A DNA stretch of 64,000 nt, from contig CM082593.2 of NCBI GenBank assembly GCA_040954595.2, forward strand, positions 10,301,200 through 10,365,199, in the 5' to 3' direction. Position 1 is the stretch's first letter. Every line of letters begins with the position of its first letter. The notes beneath the pieces are model-generated. The model worked only from the letters and a program-made list of their open reading frames with translations, was not told where the DNA came from and ran no database searches. The position numbers and the translations under genes are program-made. The DNA comes from Balanoglossus misakiensis. Taxonomy: Eukaryota; Animalia; Hemichordata. Positions 26,101-41,100 of the stretch are shown here, piece after piece.

Positions 26101-29100
26101 TTCAAAAATCGACGAAATTTTGAGATTTTGCAAAGACGAAAATTTGTAATTTTTTGATGATTTTCACCCATGACTTTTTTTCAAAAATTTACGAAATTTT
26201 GTCATTTTTTGATGATTTTCACCCATGTTTTTTTTTTCAAAAATCGACGAAATTTTGAGATTTTGCAAATTCGAAAATTTGTAATTTTTTGATGATTTTC
26301 ACCCATGTTTTTATTCAAAAATCAACGAACCCATGATTTTTTTTTCAAAAAAGGACAAAATTTTGAGATTTTTCAAAGTCGAAAATTTGTCATTTTTTGA
26401 TGATTTTCACCCATGATTTTTCTCAAAAATCGACGAAATTTTGAGATTTTGGAAAGTCGAAAATTTGTCATTTTTTGATGATTTTCACCCATGATTTTTT
26501 TTCAAAAATCGACGAAATTTTGAGATTTTGCAAAGTCGAAAATTTGTCATTTATTAATGATTTTCACCCATGATTATTTTTCAAAAATCGACAAAATTTT
26601 GAGATTTTGCAAAGTCGAAAATTTGTAATTTTTTGATGATTTTCACCCGTTTTTTTTTCAAAATTGAACGAACCCATGATTTTTTTCAAAAATCGACGAA
26701 ATTTTGAGATTTTGCAAAGTCGAAAATTTGTGATTTTTTGATGATTTTCACCCATGATTTTTTTCAAAAATCGACAAAATTTTTAGATTTTGCAAAGTCG
26801 AAAATTTGTGATTTTTTGATTATTTTCACCCATGATTTTTTTCAAAAATCGACAAAATTTTTAGATTTTGCAAAGTCGAAAATTTGTCATTTTTTGATGA
26901 TTTTCACCATGAATTTTTTTTTAAAAATCGACGAAATTTTGAGATTTTGCAAAGACGAAAATTTGTCATTTTTTGATGATTTTCGGCCATGATTTTTTTT
27001 CAAAAATGTACGAAATTTTGAGATTTTGCAAAGTCGAAAATTTGTCATTTTTTGATGATTTTCACCCATGATGTTTTTCAAAAATCGACAAAATTTTGAG
27101 ATTTTGCAAAGACGAAAATTTGTCATTTTTTGATGATTTTCACCCATGATTTTTTTCAAAAGTCGACGAAATTTTGAGATTTTGCAAAGACAAAAATTTT
27201 TCATTTTTTGATGATTTTCACCCATGTTTTTTTTCAAAAATCAACGAACCCATGATTTTTTTTCAAAAATCGACGAAATTTAGAGATTTTGCAAAGTCGA
27301 AAATTTGTCATTTCTTAATGATTTTCACCCATGTTTTTTTTTCAAAAATCGACAAAATTTTGAGATTTTGCAAAGTCGAAAATTTGTCATTTTTGGATGA
27401 TTTTCACCCATGATTTTTTTCAAAAATCGACGAAATTTGAGATTTTGCAAATTCGAAAATTTGTAATTTTTTGTTGATTTTCACCCTTTTTTTTCAAAAA
27501 TCAACGAACCCATGATTTTTTTTCAAAAATCGACAAAATTTTGAGATTTTGCAAAGCCGAAAATTTGTCATTTTTTGACGATTTTCACCCATGATTTTTC
27601 TCAAAAATCGACGAAATTTTGAGATTTTGCAAAGTCGAAAATTTTTCATTTTTTGATGATTTTCACCCATGATTTTTTTCAAAAATCTACGAAATTTTGA
27701 GATTTTGCAAAGACGAAAATTTGTCATTTTTTGATGATTTTCACCCATGATTTTTTTCAAAAATCTGCGAAATTTTGAGATTTTGCAAAGTCGAAAATTT
27801 GTCATTTATTAATGATTTTCACCCATGATTTTTTTCAAAAATCGACGAAATTTGAGATTTTGCAAATTCGAAAATTTGTAATTTTTTGATGATTTTCACC
27901 ATTTTTTTCAAAAATCAACGAACCCATGATTTTTTTTCAAAAATCGACAAAATTTTGAGATTTTGCAAAGCCGAAAATTTGTCATTTTTTGATGATTTTC
28001 ACCCATGATTTTTCTCAAAAATCGACGAAATTTTGAGATTTTGCAAAGTCGAAAATTTTTCATTTTTTGATGATTTTCACCCATGATTTTTTTCAAAAAT
28101 CTACGAAATTTTGAGATTTTGCAAAGTCGAAAATTTGTCATTTTTTGATGATTTTCACCCATGATTTTTTTCAAAAATCTGCGAAATTTTGAGATTTTGC
28201 AAAGTCGAAAATTTGTCATTTATTAATGATTTTCACCCATGATTTTTTTTCAAAAATCGACAAAATTTTGAGATTTTGCAAAGTCGAAAATTTGTAATTT
28301 TTTGATGATTTTCACCCATGTTTTTTTTCAAAAATTAACGAACCCATGATTTTTTTCAAAAATCGACAACATTTTGAGATTTTGCAAAGTCGAAAATTTG
28401 TCATTTTTTGATGATTTTCACCCATGATTTTTCTCAAAAATCGACGAAATTTAGAGATTTTGCAAAGTCGAAAATTTGTCATTTTTTGATGATTTTCACC
28501 CATGATTTTTCTCAAAAATCGACGAAATTTTGAGATTTTGCAAAGTCGAAAATTTGTCATTTTTTGATGATTTTCACCCATGTTTTTTTCAAAATTGAAC
28601 GAACCCATGATTTTTTTCAAAAATCGACGAAATTTTGAGATTTTGCAAAGTAGAAAATTTGTCATTTTTTGATGATTTTCACCCATGATTTTTTTCAAAA
28701 ATCGACGAAATTTTGAGATTTTGCAAAGTCGAAAATTTGTCATTTTTTGATTATTTTCACCCATGATGTTTTTCAAAAATCAACGAACCCATGATTTTTT
28801 TTCAAAAATCGACAAAATTTTGAGATTTTGCAAAGTCGAAAATTTGTCATTTTTTGATGATTTTCACCCATGATTTTTCTCAAAAATCGACGAAATTTTG
28901 AGATTTTGCAAAGTCGAAAATTTGTAATTTTTTGATGATTTTCACCCATGATTTTTTTTTTCAAAAATCGACCAAATTTTGAGATTTTGCAAAGACGAAA
29001 ATGTGTCATTTTTTGATGATTTTCACCCATGATTTTTTTTCAAAAATCTACGAAATTTTGAGATTTTGCAAAGTCGAAAATTTGTCATTTTTTGATGATT

Positions 29101-32100
29101 TTCACCCATGATTTTTCACAAAAACCGACGAAATTTTGAGATTTTGCAAAGTCGAAAATTTGTCATTTTTTTATGATTTTCACCCATGTTTTTTTCAAAA
29201 TTGAACGAACCCATGATTTTTTTCAAAAATCGACGAAATTTTGAGATTTTGCAAAGTAGAAAATTTGTCATTTTTTGATGATTTTCACCCATGATTTTTT
29301 TCAAAAATCGACGAAATTTTGAGATTTTGCAAAGTCGAAAATTTGACATTTTTTGATGATTTTCACCCATGATTTTTTTCAAAAGTCGACGAAATTTTGA
29401 GATTTTGCAAAGACAAAAATTTTTCATTTTTTGATGATTTTCACCCGTGATTTTTTTCAAAAATCGACAAAATTTTGAGATTTTGCAAAGTCGAAAATTT
29501 GACATTTTTTGATGATTTTCACCCATGTTTTTTTTCAAAAATCAACGAACCCATGATTTTTTTTCAAAAATCGACGAAATTTAGAGATTTTGCAAAGTCG
29601 AAAATTTGTCATTTCTTAATGATTTTCACCCATGTTTTTTTTTCAAAAATCGACAAAATTTTGAGATTTTGCAAAGTCGAAAATTGTAATTTTTTGATGA
29701 TTTTCACCCATGTTTTTTTTCAAAATTGAACGAACCCATGATTTTTTTCAAAAATCGACGAAATTTTGAGATTTTGCAAAGACGAAAATTTGTAATTTTT
29801 TGATGATTTTCACACATGACTTTTTTTCAAAAATTTACGAAATTTTGAGATTTTGCAAAGTCGAAAATTTGTCATTTTTTGATGATTTTCACCAATGATT
29901 TTTCTCAAAAATCGACGAAATTTTGAGATTTTGGAAAGTCGAAAATTTGTCATTTTTTGATGATTTTCACCCATGATTTTTTTTCAAAAACTGACGAAAT
30001 TTTGAGATTTTGCAAAGTCGAAAATTTGTCATTTATTAATGATTTTCACCGATGATTTTTTTTTCAAAAATAGACAAAATTTTGAGATTTTGCAAAGTCG
30101 AAAATTTGTAATTTTTTGATGATTTTCACCCATGTTTTTTTCTAAATTGAACGAACCCATGATTTTTTTCAAAAATCGACGAAATTTTTAGATTTTGCAA
30201 AGTCGAAAATTTGTCATTCTTTGATGATTTTCACCCATGATTTTTTTCAAAAATCGACGAAATTTTGAGATTTTGCAAAGTCGAAAATTTGTCATTTTTT
30301 GATGATTTTCCCCTATTATTTGTTTCAAAAATCGACGAAATTTTTAGATTTTGCAAAGTCGAAAATTTGTAATTTTTTGATGATTTTTACCCATGATTTT
30401 TTTTTTCAAAAATCGACGAAATTTTGAGATTTTGCAAAGACGAAAATTTGTAATTTTTTGATGATTTTCACCCATGACTTTTTTTCAAAAATTTACGAAA
30501 TTTTGTCATTTTTTGATGATTTTCACCCATGTTTTTTTTTTCAAAAATCGACGAAATTTTGAGATTTTGCAAATTCGAAAATTTGTAATTTTTTGATGAT
30601 TTTCACCCATGTTTTTATTCAAAAATCAACGAACCCATGATTTTTTTTTCAAAAAAGGACAAAATTTTGAGATTTTTCAAAGTCGAAAATTTGTCATTTT
30701 TTGATGATTTTCACCCATGATTTTTCTCAAAAATCGACGAAATTTTGAGATTTTGGAAAGTCGAAAATTTGTCATTTTTTGATGATTTTCACCCATGATT
30801 TTTTTTCAAAAATCGACGAAATTTTGAGATTTTGCAAAGTCGAAAATTTGTCATTTATTAATGATTTTCACCCATGATTATTTTTCAAAAATCGACAAAA
30901 TTTTGAGATTTTGCAAAGTCGAAAATTTGTAATTTTTTGATGATTTTCACCCGTTTTTTTTTCAAAATTGAACGAACCCATGATTTTTTTCAAAAATCGA
31001 CGAAATTTTGAGATTTTGCAAAGTCGAAAATTTGTGATTTTTTGATGATTTTCACCCATGATTTTTTTCAAAAATCGACAAAATTTTTAGATTTTGCAAA
31101 GTCGAAAATTTGTGATTTTTTGATTATTTTCACCCATGATTTTTTTCAAAAATCGACAAAATTTTTAGATTTTGCAAAGTCGAAAATTTGTCATTTTTTG
31201 ATGATTTTCACCATGATTTTTTTTTTAAAAATCGACGAAATTTTGAGATTTTGCAAAGACGAAAATTTGTCATTTTTTGATGATTTTCGGCCATGATTTT
31301 TTTTCAAAAATGTACGAAATTTTGAGATTTTGCAAAGTCGAAAATTTGTCATTTTTTGATGATTTTCACCCATGATGTTTTTCAAAAATCGACAAAATTT
31401 TGAGATTTTGCAAAGACGAAAATTTGTCATTTTTTGATGATTTTCACCCATGATTTTTTTCAAAAGTCGACGAAATTTTGAGATTTTGCAAAGACAAAAA
31501 TTTTTCATTTTTTGATGATTTTCACCCATGTTTTTTTTCAAAAATCAACGAACCCATGATTTTTTTTCAAAAATCGACGAAATTTAGAGATTTTGCAAAG
31601 TCGAAAATTTGTCATTTCTTAATGATTTTCACCCATGTTTTTTTTTCAAAAATCGACAAAATTTTGAGATTTTGCAAAGTCGAAAATTTGTCATTTTTGG
31701 ATGATTTTCACCCATGATTTTTTTCAAAAATCGACGAAATTTGAGATTTTGCAAATTCGAAAATTTGTAATTTTTTGTTGATTTTCACCCTTTTTTTTCA
31801 AAAATCAACGAACCCATGATTTTTTTTCAAAAATCGACAAAATTTTGAGATTTTGCAAAGCCGAAAATTTGTCATTTTTTGACGATTTTCACCCATGATT
31901 TTTCTCAAAAATCGACGAAATTTTGAGATTTTGCAAAGTCGAAAATTTTTCATTTTTTGATGATTTTCACCCATGATTTTTTTCAAAAATCTACGAAATT
32001 TTGAGATTTTGCAAAGACGAAAATTTGTCATTTTTTGATGATTTTCACCCATGATTTTTTTCAAAAATCTGCGAAATTTTGAGATTTTGCAAAGTCGAAA

Positions 32101-35100
32101 ATTTGTCATTTATTAATGATTTTCACCCATGATTTTTTTCAAAAATCGACGAAATTTGAGATTTTGCAAATTCGAAAATTTGTAATTTTTTGATGATTTT
32201 CACCATTTTTTTTCAAAAATCAACGAACCCATGATTTTTTTTCAAAAATCGACAAAATTTTGAGATTTTGCAAAGCCGAAAATTTGTCATTTTTTGATGA
32301 TTTTCACCCATGATTTTTCTCAAAAATCGACGAAATTTTGAGATTTTGCAAAGTCGAAAATTTTTCATTTTTTGATGATTTTCACCCATGATTTTTTTCA
32401 AAAATCTACGAAACTTTGAGATTTTGCAAAGTCGAAAATTTGTCATTTTTTGATGATTTTCACCCATGATTTTTTTCAAAAATCTACGAAATTTTGAGAT
32501 TTTGCAAAGTCGAAAATTTGTCATTTATTAATGATTTTCACCCATGATTTTTTTTCAAAAATCGACAAAATTTTGAGATTTTGCAAAGTCGAAAATTTGT
32601 AATTTTTTGATGATTTTCACCCATGTTTTTTTTCAAAAATTAACGAACCCATGATTTTTTTCAAAAATCGACAACATTTTGAGATTTTGCAAAGTCGAAA
32701 ATTTGTCATTTTTTGATGATTTTCACCCATGATTTTTCTCAAAAATCGACGAAATTTTGAGATTTTGCAAAGTCGAAAATTTTTCATTTTTTGATGATTT
32801 CACCCATGATTCTTTTCAAAAATCTACGAAATTTTGAGATTTTGCAAAGTCGAAAATTTGTCATTTTTTGATGATTTTCACCCATGATTTTTTTTCAAAA
32901 ATCTGCGAAATTTTGAGATTTTGCAAAGTCGAAAATTTGTCATTTTTTGATGATTTTCACCCATGATTTTTTTTCAAAAAATCGACGAAATTTTGAGATT
33001 TTGCAAAGTCGAAAATTTGTCATTTTTTGATTATTTTCACCCATGATTTTTTTTTTCAAAAAATCGACACAATTTTGAGATTTTGCAAAGTCGAAAATGT
33101 GTCATTTTTTGATGATTTTCACCCATGATTTTTTTCAAAAATCGACGAAATTTGAGATTTTGCAAAGTCGAAAATTTGTCATTTTTTGATGATTTTCACC
33201 CATGATTTTTTTTCAAAAATCGACGAAATTTTGAGATTTTGCAAAGACGAAAATTTGTCATTTTTTGATGATTTTCACCCATGATTTTTTTCATAAATCT
33301 GCGAAATTTTGAGATTTTGCAAAGTCGAAAATTTGTCATTTATTAATGATTTTCACCCATGATTTTTTTCAAAAATCGACGAAATTTGAGATTTTGCAAA
33401 TTCGAAAATTTGTAATTTTTTGATGATTTTCACCCTTTTTTTTCAAAAATCAACGAACCCATGATTTTTTTTCAAAAATCGACAAAATTTTGAGATTTTG
33501 CAAAGCCGAAAATTTGTCATTTTTTGATGATTTTTACCCATGATTTTTCTCAAAAATCGACGAAATTTTGAGATTTTGCAAAGTCGAAAATTTTTCATTT
33601 TTTGATGATTTTCACCCATGATTTTTTTCAAAAATCTACGAAATTTTGAGATTTTGCAAAGTCGAAAATTTGTCATTTTTTGATGATTTTCACCCATGAT
33701 TTTTTTCAAAAATCTGCGAAATTTTGAGATTTTGCAAAGTCGAAACTTTGTCATTTATTAATGATTTTCACCCATGATTTTTTTTCAAAAATCGACAAAA
33801 TTTTGAGATTTTGCAAAGTCGAAAATTTGTAATTTTTTGATGATTTTCACCCATGTTTTTTTTCAAAAATCAACGAACCCATGATTTTTTTCAAAAATCG
33901 ACAACATTTTGAGATTTTGCAAAGTCGAAAATTTGTCATTTTTTGATGATTTTCACCCATGATTTTTCTCAAAAATCGACGAAATTTTGAGATTTTGCAA
34001 AGTCGAAAATTTTTCATTTTTTGATGATTTCACCCATGATTCTTTTCAAAAATCTACGAAATTTTGAGATTTTGCAAAGTCGAAAATTTGTCATTTTTTG
34101 ATGATTTTCACCCATGATTTTTTTTCAAAAATCTGCGAAATTTTGAGATTTTGCAAAGTCGAAAATTTGTCATTTTTTGATGATTTTCACCCATGATTTT
34201 TTTTCAAAAATTTACGAAATTTTGAGATTTTGCAAAGTCGAAAATTTGTCATTTTTTGATGATTTTCACCCATGTTTTTTTTTTTTCAAAAATCGACGAA
34301 ATTTTGAGATTTTGCAAATTCGAAAATTTGTAATTTTTTGATGATTTTCACCCATGTTTTTTTTCAAAAATCAACGAACCCATGATTTTTTTTTCAAAAA
34401 AGGACAAAATTTTGAGATTTTTCAAAGTCGAAAATTTGTCATTTTTTGATGATTTTCACCCATGATTTTTCTCAAAAATCGACGAAATTTTGAGATTTTG
34501 GAAAGTCGAAAATTTGTCATTTTTTGATGATTTTCACCCATGATTTTTTTTCAAAAATCGACGAAATTTTGAGATTTTGCAAAGTCGAAAATTTGTCATT
34601 TATTAATGATTTTCACCCATGATTATTTTTCAAAAATCGACAAAATTTTGAGATTTTGCAAAGTCGAAAATTTGTAATTTTTTGATGATTTTCACCCGTT
34701 TTTTTTTCAAAATTGAACGAACCCATGATTTTTTTCAAAAATCGACGAAATTTTGAGATTTTGCAAAGTCGAAAATTTGTGATTTTTTGATGATTTTCAC
34801 CCATGATTTTTTTCAAAAATCGACAAAATTTTTAGATTTTGCAAAGTCGAAAATTTGTGATTTTTTGATTATTTTCACCCATGATTTTTTTCAAAAATCG
34901 ACAAAATTTTTAGATTTTGCAAAGTCGAAAATTTGTCATTTTTTGATGATTTTCACCATGATTTTTTTTTTAAAAATCGACGAAATTTTGAGATTTTGCA
35001 AAGACGAAAATTTGTCATTTTTTGATGATTTTCGGCCATGATTTTTTTTCAAAAATGTACGAAATTTTGAGATTTTGCAAAGTCGAAAATTTGTCATTTT

Positions 35101-38100
35101 TTGATGATTTTCACCCATGATGTTTTTCAAAAATCGACAAAATTTTGAGATTTTGCAAAGACGAAAATTTGTCATTTTTTGATGATTTTCACCCATGATT
35201 TTTTTCAAAAGTCGACGAAATTTTGAGATTTTGCAAAGACAAAAATTTTTCATTTTTTGATGATTTTCACCCATGTTTTTTTTCAAAAATCAACGAACCC
35301 ATGATTTTTTTTCAAAAATCGACGAAATTTAGAGATTTTGCAAAGTCGAAAATTTGTCATTTCTTAATGATTTTCACCCATGTTTTTTTTTCAAAAATCG
35401 ACAAAATTTTGAGATTTTGCAAAGTCGAAAATTTGTCATTTTTGGATGATTTTCACCCATGATTTTTTTCAAAAATCGACGAAATTTGAGATTTTGCAAA
35501 TTCGAAAATTTGTAATTTTTTGTTGATTTTCACCCTTTTTTTTCAAAAATCAACGAACCCATGATTTTTTTTCAAAAATCGACAAAATTTTGAGATTTTG
35601 CAAAGCCGAAAATTTGTCATTTTTTGACGATTTTCACCCATGATTTTTCTCAAAAATCGACGAAATTTTGAGATTTTGCAAAGTCGAAAATTTTTCATTT
35701 TTTGATGATTTTCACCCATGATTTTTTTCAAAAATCTACGAAATTTTGAGATTTTGCAAAGACGAAAATTTGTCATTTTTTGATGATTTTCACCCATGAT
35801 TTTTTTCAAAAATCTGCGAAATTTTGAGATTTTGCAAAGTCGAAAATTTGTCATTTATTAATGATTTTCACCCATGATTTTTTTCAAAAATCGACGAAAT
35901 TTGAGATTTTGCAAATTCGAAAATTTGTAATTTTTTGATGATTTTCACCATTTTTTTTCAAAAATCAACGAACCCATGATTTTTTTTCAAAAATCGACAA
36001 AATTTTGAGATTTTGCAAAGCCGAAAATTTGTCATTTTTTGATGATTTTCACCCATGATTTTTCTCAAAAATCGACGAAATTTTGAGATTTTGCAAAGTC
36101 GAAAATTTTTCATTTTTTGATGATTTTCACCCATGATTTTTTTCAAAAATCTACGAAATTTTGAGATTTTGCAAAGTCGAAAATTTGTCATTTTTTGATG
36201 ATTTTCACCCATGATTTTTTTCAAAAATCTGCGAAATTTTGAGATTTTGCAAAGTCGAAAATTTGTCATTTATTAATGATTTTCACCCATGATTTTTTTT
36301 CAAAAATCGACAAAATTTTGAGATTTTGCAAAGTCGAAAATTTGTAATTTTTGATGATTTTCACCCATGTTTTTTTTCAAAAATTAACGAACCCATGATT
36401 TTTTTCAAAAATCGACAACATTTTGAGATTTTGCAAAGTCGAAAATTTGTCATTTTTTGATGATTTTCACCCATGATTTTTCTCAAAAATCGACGAAATT
36501 TTGAGATTTTGCAAAGTCGAAAATTTTTCATTTTTTGATGATTTCACCCATGATTCTTTTCAAAAATCTACGAAATTTTGAGATTTTGCAAAGTCGAAAA
36601 TTTGTCATTTTTTGATGATTTTCACCCATGATTTTTTTTCAAAAATCTGCGAAATTTTGAGATTTTGCAAAGTCGAAAATTTGTCATTTTTTGATGATTT
36701 TCACCCATGATTTTTTTTCAAAAAATCGACGAAATTTTGAGATTTTGCAAAGTCGAAAATTTGTCATTTTTTGATTATTTTCACCCATGATTTTTTTTTT
36801 CAAAAAATCGACACAATTTTGAGATTTTGCAAAGTCGAAAATGTGTCATTTTTTGATGATTTTCACCCATGATTTTTTTCAAAAATCGACGAAATTTGAG
36901 ATTTTGCAAAGTCGAAAATTTGTCATGTTTTGATGATTTTCACCCATGATTTTTTTTCAAAAATCGACGAAATTTTGAGATTTTGCAAAGACGAAAATTT
37001 GTCATTTTTTGATGATTTTCACCAATGATTTTTTTCAAAAATCGACGAAATTTGAGATTTTGCAAATTCGAAAATTTGTAATTTTTTGATGATTTTCACC
37101 CTTTTTTTTCAAAAATCAACGAACCCATGATTTTTTTTCAAAAATCGACAAAATTTTGAGATTTTGCAAAGCCGAAAATTTGTCATTTTTTGATGATTTT
37201 TACCCATGATTTTTCTCAAAAATCGACGAAATTTTGAGATTTTGCAAAGTCGAAAATTTTTCATTTTTTGATGATTTTCACCCATGATTTTTTTCAAAAA
37301 TCTACGAAATTTTGAGATTTTGCAAAGTCGAAAATTTGTCATTTTTTGATGATTTTCACCCATGATTTTTTTCAAAAATCTGCGAAATTTTGAGATTTTG
37401 CAAAGTCGAAACTTTGTCATTTATTAATGATTTTCACCCATGATTTTTTTTCAAAAATCGACAAAATTTTGAGATTTTGCAAAGTCGAAAATTTGTAATT
37501 TTTTGATGATTTTCACCCATGTTTTTTTTCAAAAATCAACGAACCCATGATTTTTTTCAAAAATCGACAACATTTTGAGATTTTGCAAAGTCGAAAATTT
37601 GTCATTTTTTGATGATTTTCACCCATGATTTTTCTCAAAAATCGACGAAATTTTGAGATTTTGCAAAGTCGAAAATTTTTCATTTTTTGATGATTTCACC
37701 CATGATTCTTTTCAAAAATCTACGAAATTTTGAGATTTTGCAAAGTCGAAAATTTGTCATTTTTTGATGATTTTCACCCATGATTTTTTTTCAAAAATCG
37801 ACAAAATTTTGAGATTTTGCAAAGTCGAAAATTTGTAATTTTTTGATGATTTTCACCCATGTTTTTTTTCAAAAATTAACGAACCCATGATTTTTTTCAA
37901 AAATCGACGACATTTTGAGATTTTGCAAAGTCGAAAATTTGTCATTTTTTGATGATTTTCACCCATGATTTTTCTCAAAAATCGACGAAATTTTGAGATT
38001 TTGCAAAGTCGAAAATTTTTCATTTTTTGATGATTTCACCCATGATTCTTTTCAAAAATCTACGAAATTTTGAGATTTTGCAAAGTCGAAAATTTGTCAT

Positions 38101-41100
38101 TTTTTGATGATTTTCACCCATGATTTTTTTTCAAAAATCTGCGAAATTTTGAGATTTTGCAAAGTCGAAAATTTGTCATTTTTTGATGATTTTCACCCAT
38201 GATTTTTTTTCAAAAAATCGACGAAATTTTGAGATTTTGCAAAGTCGAAAATTTGTCATTTTTTGATTATTTTCACCCATGATTTTTTTTTTCAAAAAAT
38301 CGACACAATTTTGAGATTTTGCAAAGTCGAAAATGTGTCATTTTTTGATGATTTTCACCCATGATTTTTTTCAAAAATCGACGAAATTTGAGATTTTGCA
38401 AAGTCGAAAATTTGTCATTTTTTGATGATTTTCACCCATGATTTTTTTTCAAAAATCGACGAAATTTTGAGATTTTGCAAAGTCGAAAATTTGTCATTTT
38501 TTGATGATTTTCACCCATGATTTTTCTCAAAAATCGACGAAATTTTGAGATTTTGCAAAGTCGAAAATTTGTCATTTTTTGATGATTTTCACCCATGTTT
38601 TTTTTCAAAATTGAACGAACCCATGATTTTTTTCAAAAATCGACGAAATTTTGAGATTTTGCAAAGTAGAAAATTTGTCATTTTTTGATGATTTTCACCC
38701 ATGATTTTTTTCAAAAATCGACGAAATTTTGAGATTTTGCAAAGTCGAAAATTTGTCATTTTTTGATTATTTTCACCCATGATGTTTTTCAAAAATCAAC
38801 GAACCCATGATTTTTTTTCAAAAATCGACAAAATTTTGAGATTTTGCAAAGTCGAAAATTTGTCATTTTTTGATGATTTTCACCCATGATTTTTCTCAAA
38901 AATCGACGAAATTTTGAGATTTTGCAAAGTCGAAAATTTGTAATTTTTTGATGATTTTCACCCATGTTTTTTTTCAAAATTGAACGAACCCATGATTTTT
39001 TTCAAAAATCGACGAAATTTTGAGATTTTGCAAAGACGAAAATTTGTAATTTTTTGATGATTTTCACCCATGACTTTTTTTCAAAAATTTACGAAATTTT
39101 GAGATTTTGCAAAGTCGAAAATTTGTCATTTTTTGATTATTTTCACCCATGATTTTTCTCAAAAATCGACGAAATTTTGAGATTTTGGAAAGTCGAAAAT
39201 TTGTCACTTTTTGATGATTTTCACCCATGATTTTTTTTCAAAAATTGACGAAATTTTGAGATTTTGCAAAGTCGAAAATTTGTCATTTTTTGATGATTTT
39301 CACCCATGATTTTTTTTCAAAAATCTGCGAAATTTTGAGATTTTGCAAAGTCGAAAATTTGTCATTTTTTGATGATTTTCACCCATGATTTTTTTTCAAA
39401 AAATCGACGAAATTTTGAGATTTTGCAAAGTCGAAAATTTGTCATTTTTTGATTATTTTCACCCATGATTTTTTTTTTCAAAAAATCGACACAATTTTGA
39501 GATTTTGCAACGTCGAAAATGTGTCATTTTTTGATGATTTTCACCCATGATTTTTTTCAAAAATCGACGAAATTTGAGATTTTGCAAAGTCGAAAATTTG
39601 TCATTTTTTGATGATTTTCACCCATGATTTTTTTTCAAAAACGACGAAATTTTGAGATTTTGCAAAGTCGAAAATTTGTCATTTTTTGATGATTTTCACC
39701 CATGATTTTTCTCAAAAATCGACGAAATTTTGAGATTTTGCAAAGTCGAAAATTTGTCATTTTTTGATGATTTTCACCCATGTTTTTTTCAAAATTGAAC
39801 GAACCCATGATTTTTTTCAAAAATCGACGAAATTTTGAGATTTTGCAAAGTAGAAAATTTGTCATTTTTTGATGATTTTCACCCATGATTTTTTTCAAAA
39901 ATCGACGAAATTTTGAGATTTTGCAAAGTCGAAAATTTGTCATTTTTTGATTATTTTCACCCATGATTTTTTTCAAAAATCAACGAACCCATGATTTTTT
40001 TTCAAAAATCGACAAAATTTTGAGATTTTGCAAAGTCGAAAATTTGTCATTTTTTGATGATTTTCACCCATGATTTTTCTCAAAAATCGACGAAATTTTG
40101 AGATTTTGCAAAGTCGAAAATTTGTCATTTATTAATGATTTTCACCCATGATTTTTTTTTCAAAAATAGACAAAATTTTGAGATTTTGCAAAGTCGAAAA
40201 TTTGTAATTTTTTGATGATTTTCACCCATGTTTTTTTCAAAATTGAACGAACCCATGATTTTTTTCAAAAATCGACGAAATTTTTAGATTTTGCAAAGTC
40301 GAAAATTTGTCATTTTTTGATGATTTCCACCCATGATTTTTTTCAAAAATCGACGAAATTTTGAGATTTTGCAAAGTCGAAAATTTGTCATTTTTTGATG
40401 ATTTTCACCCATGATTTTTTTCAAAAATCGACGAAATTTTTAGATTTTGCAAAGTCGAAAATTTGTAATTTTTTGATGATTTTTACCCACGATTTTTTTT
40501 TTCAAAAATCGACGAAATTTTGAGATTTTTCAAAGACCAAAATTTGTAATTTTTTGATGATTTTCACCCATGACTTTTTTTCAAAAATTTACGAAATTTT
40601 GAGATTTTGCAAAGTCGAAAATTTGTCATTTTTTGATGATTTTCACCCATGTTTTTTTTCAAAATTGAACGAACCCATGATTTTTTTCAAAAATCGACGA
40701 AATTTTGAGATTTTGCAAAGTCGAAAATTTGTCATTTTTTGATGATTTTCACCCATGTTTTTTTTTTTCAAAAATCGACGAAATTTTGAGATTTTGCAAA
40801 TTCGAAAATTTGTAATTTTTTGATGATTTTCACCCATGTTTTTTTCAAAAATCAACGAACCCATGATTTTTTTTCAAAAGAGGACAAAATTTTGAGATTT
40901 TGCAAAGTCGAAAATTTGTCATTTTTTGATGATTTTCACCCATGATTTTTTTCAAAAATCGACGAAATTTTGAGATTTTGCAAAGTCGAAAATTTGTCAT
41001 TTTTTGATGATTTTCACCCATGATTTTTTTTCAAAAATCGACGAAATTTTGAGATTTTGCAAAGTCGAAAATTTGTCATTTATTAATGATTTTCACCCAT

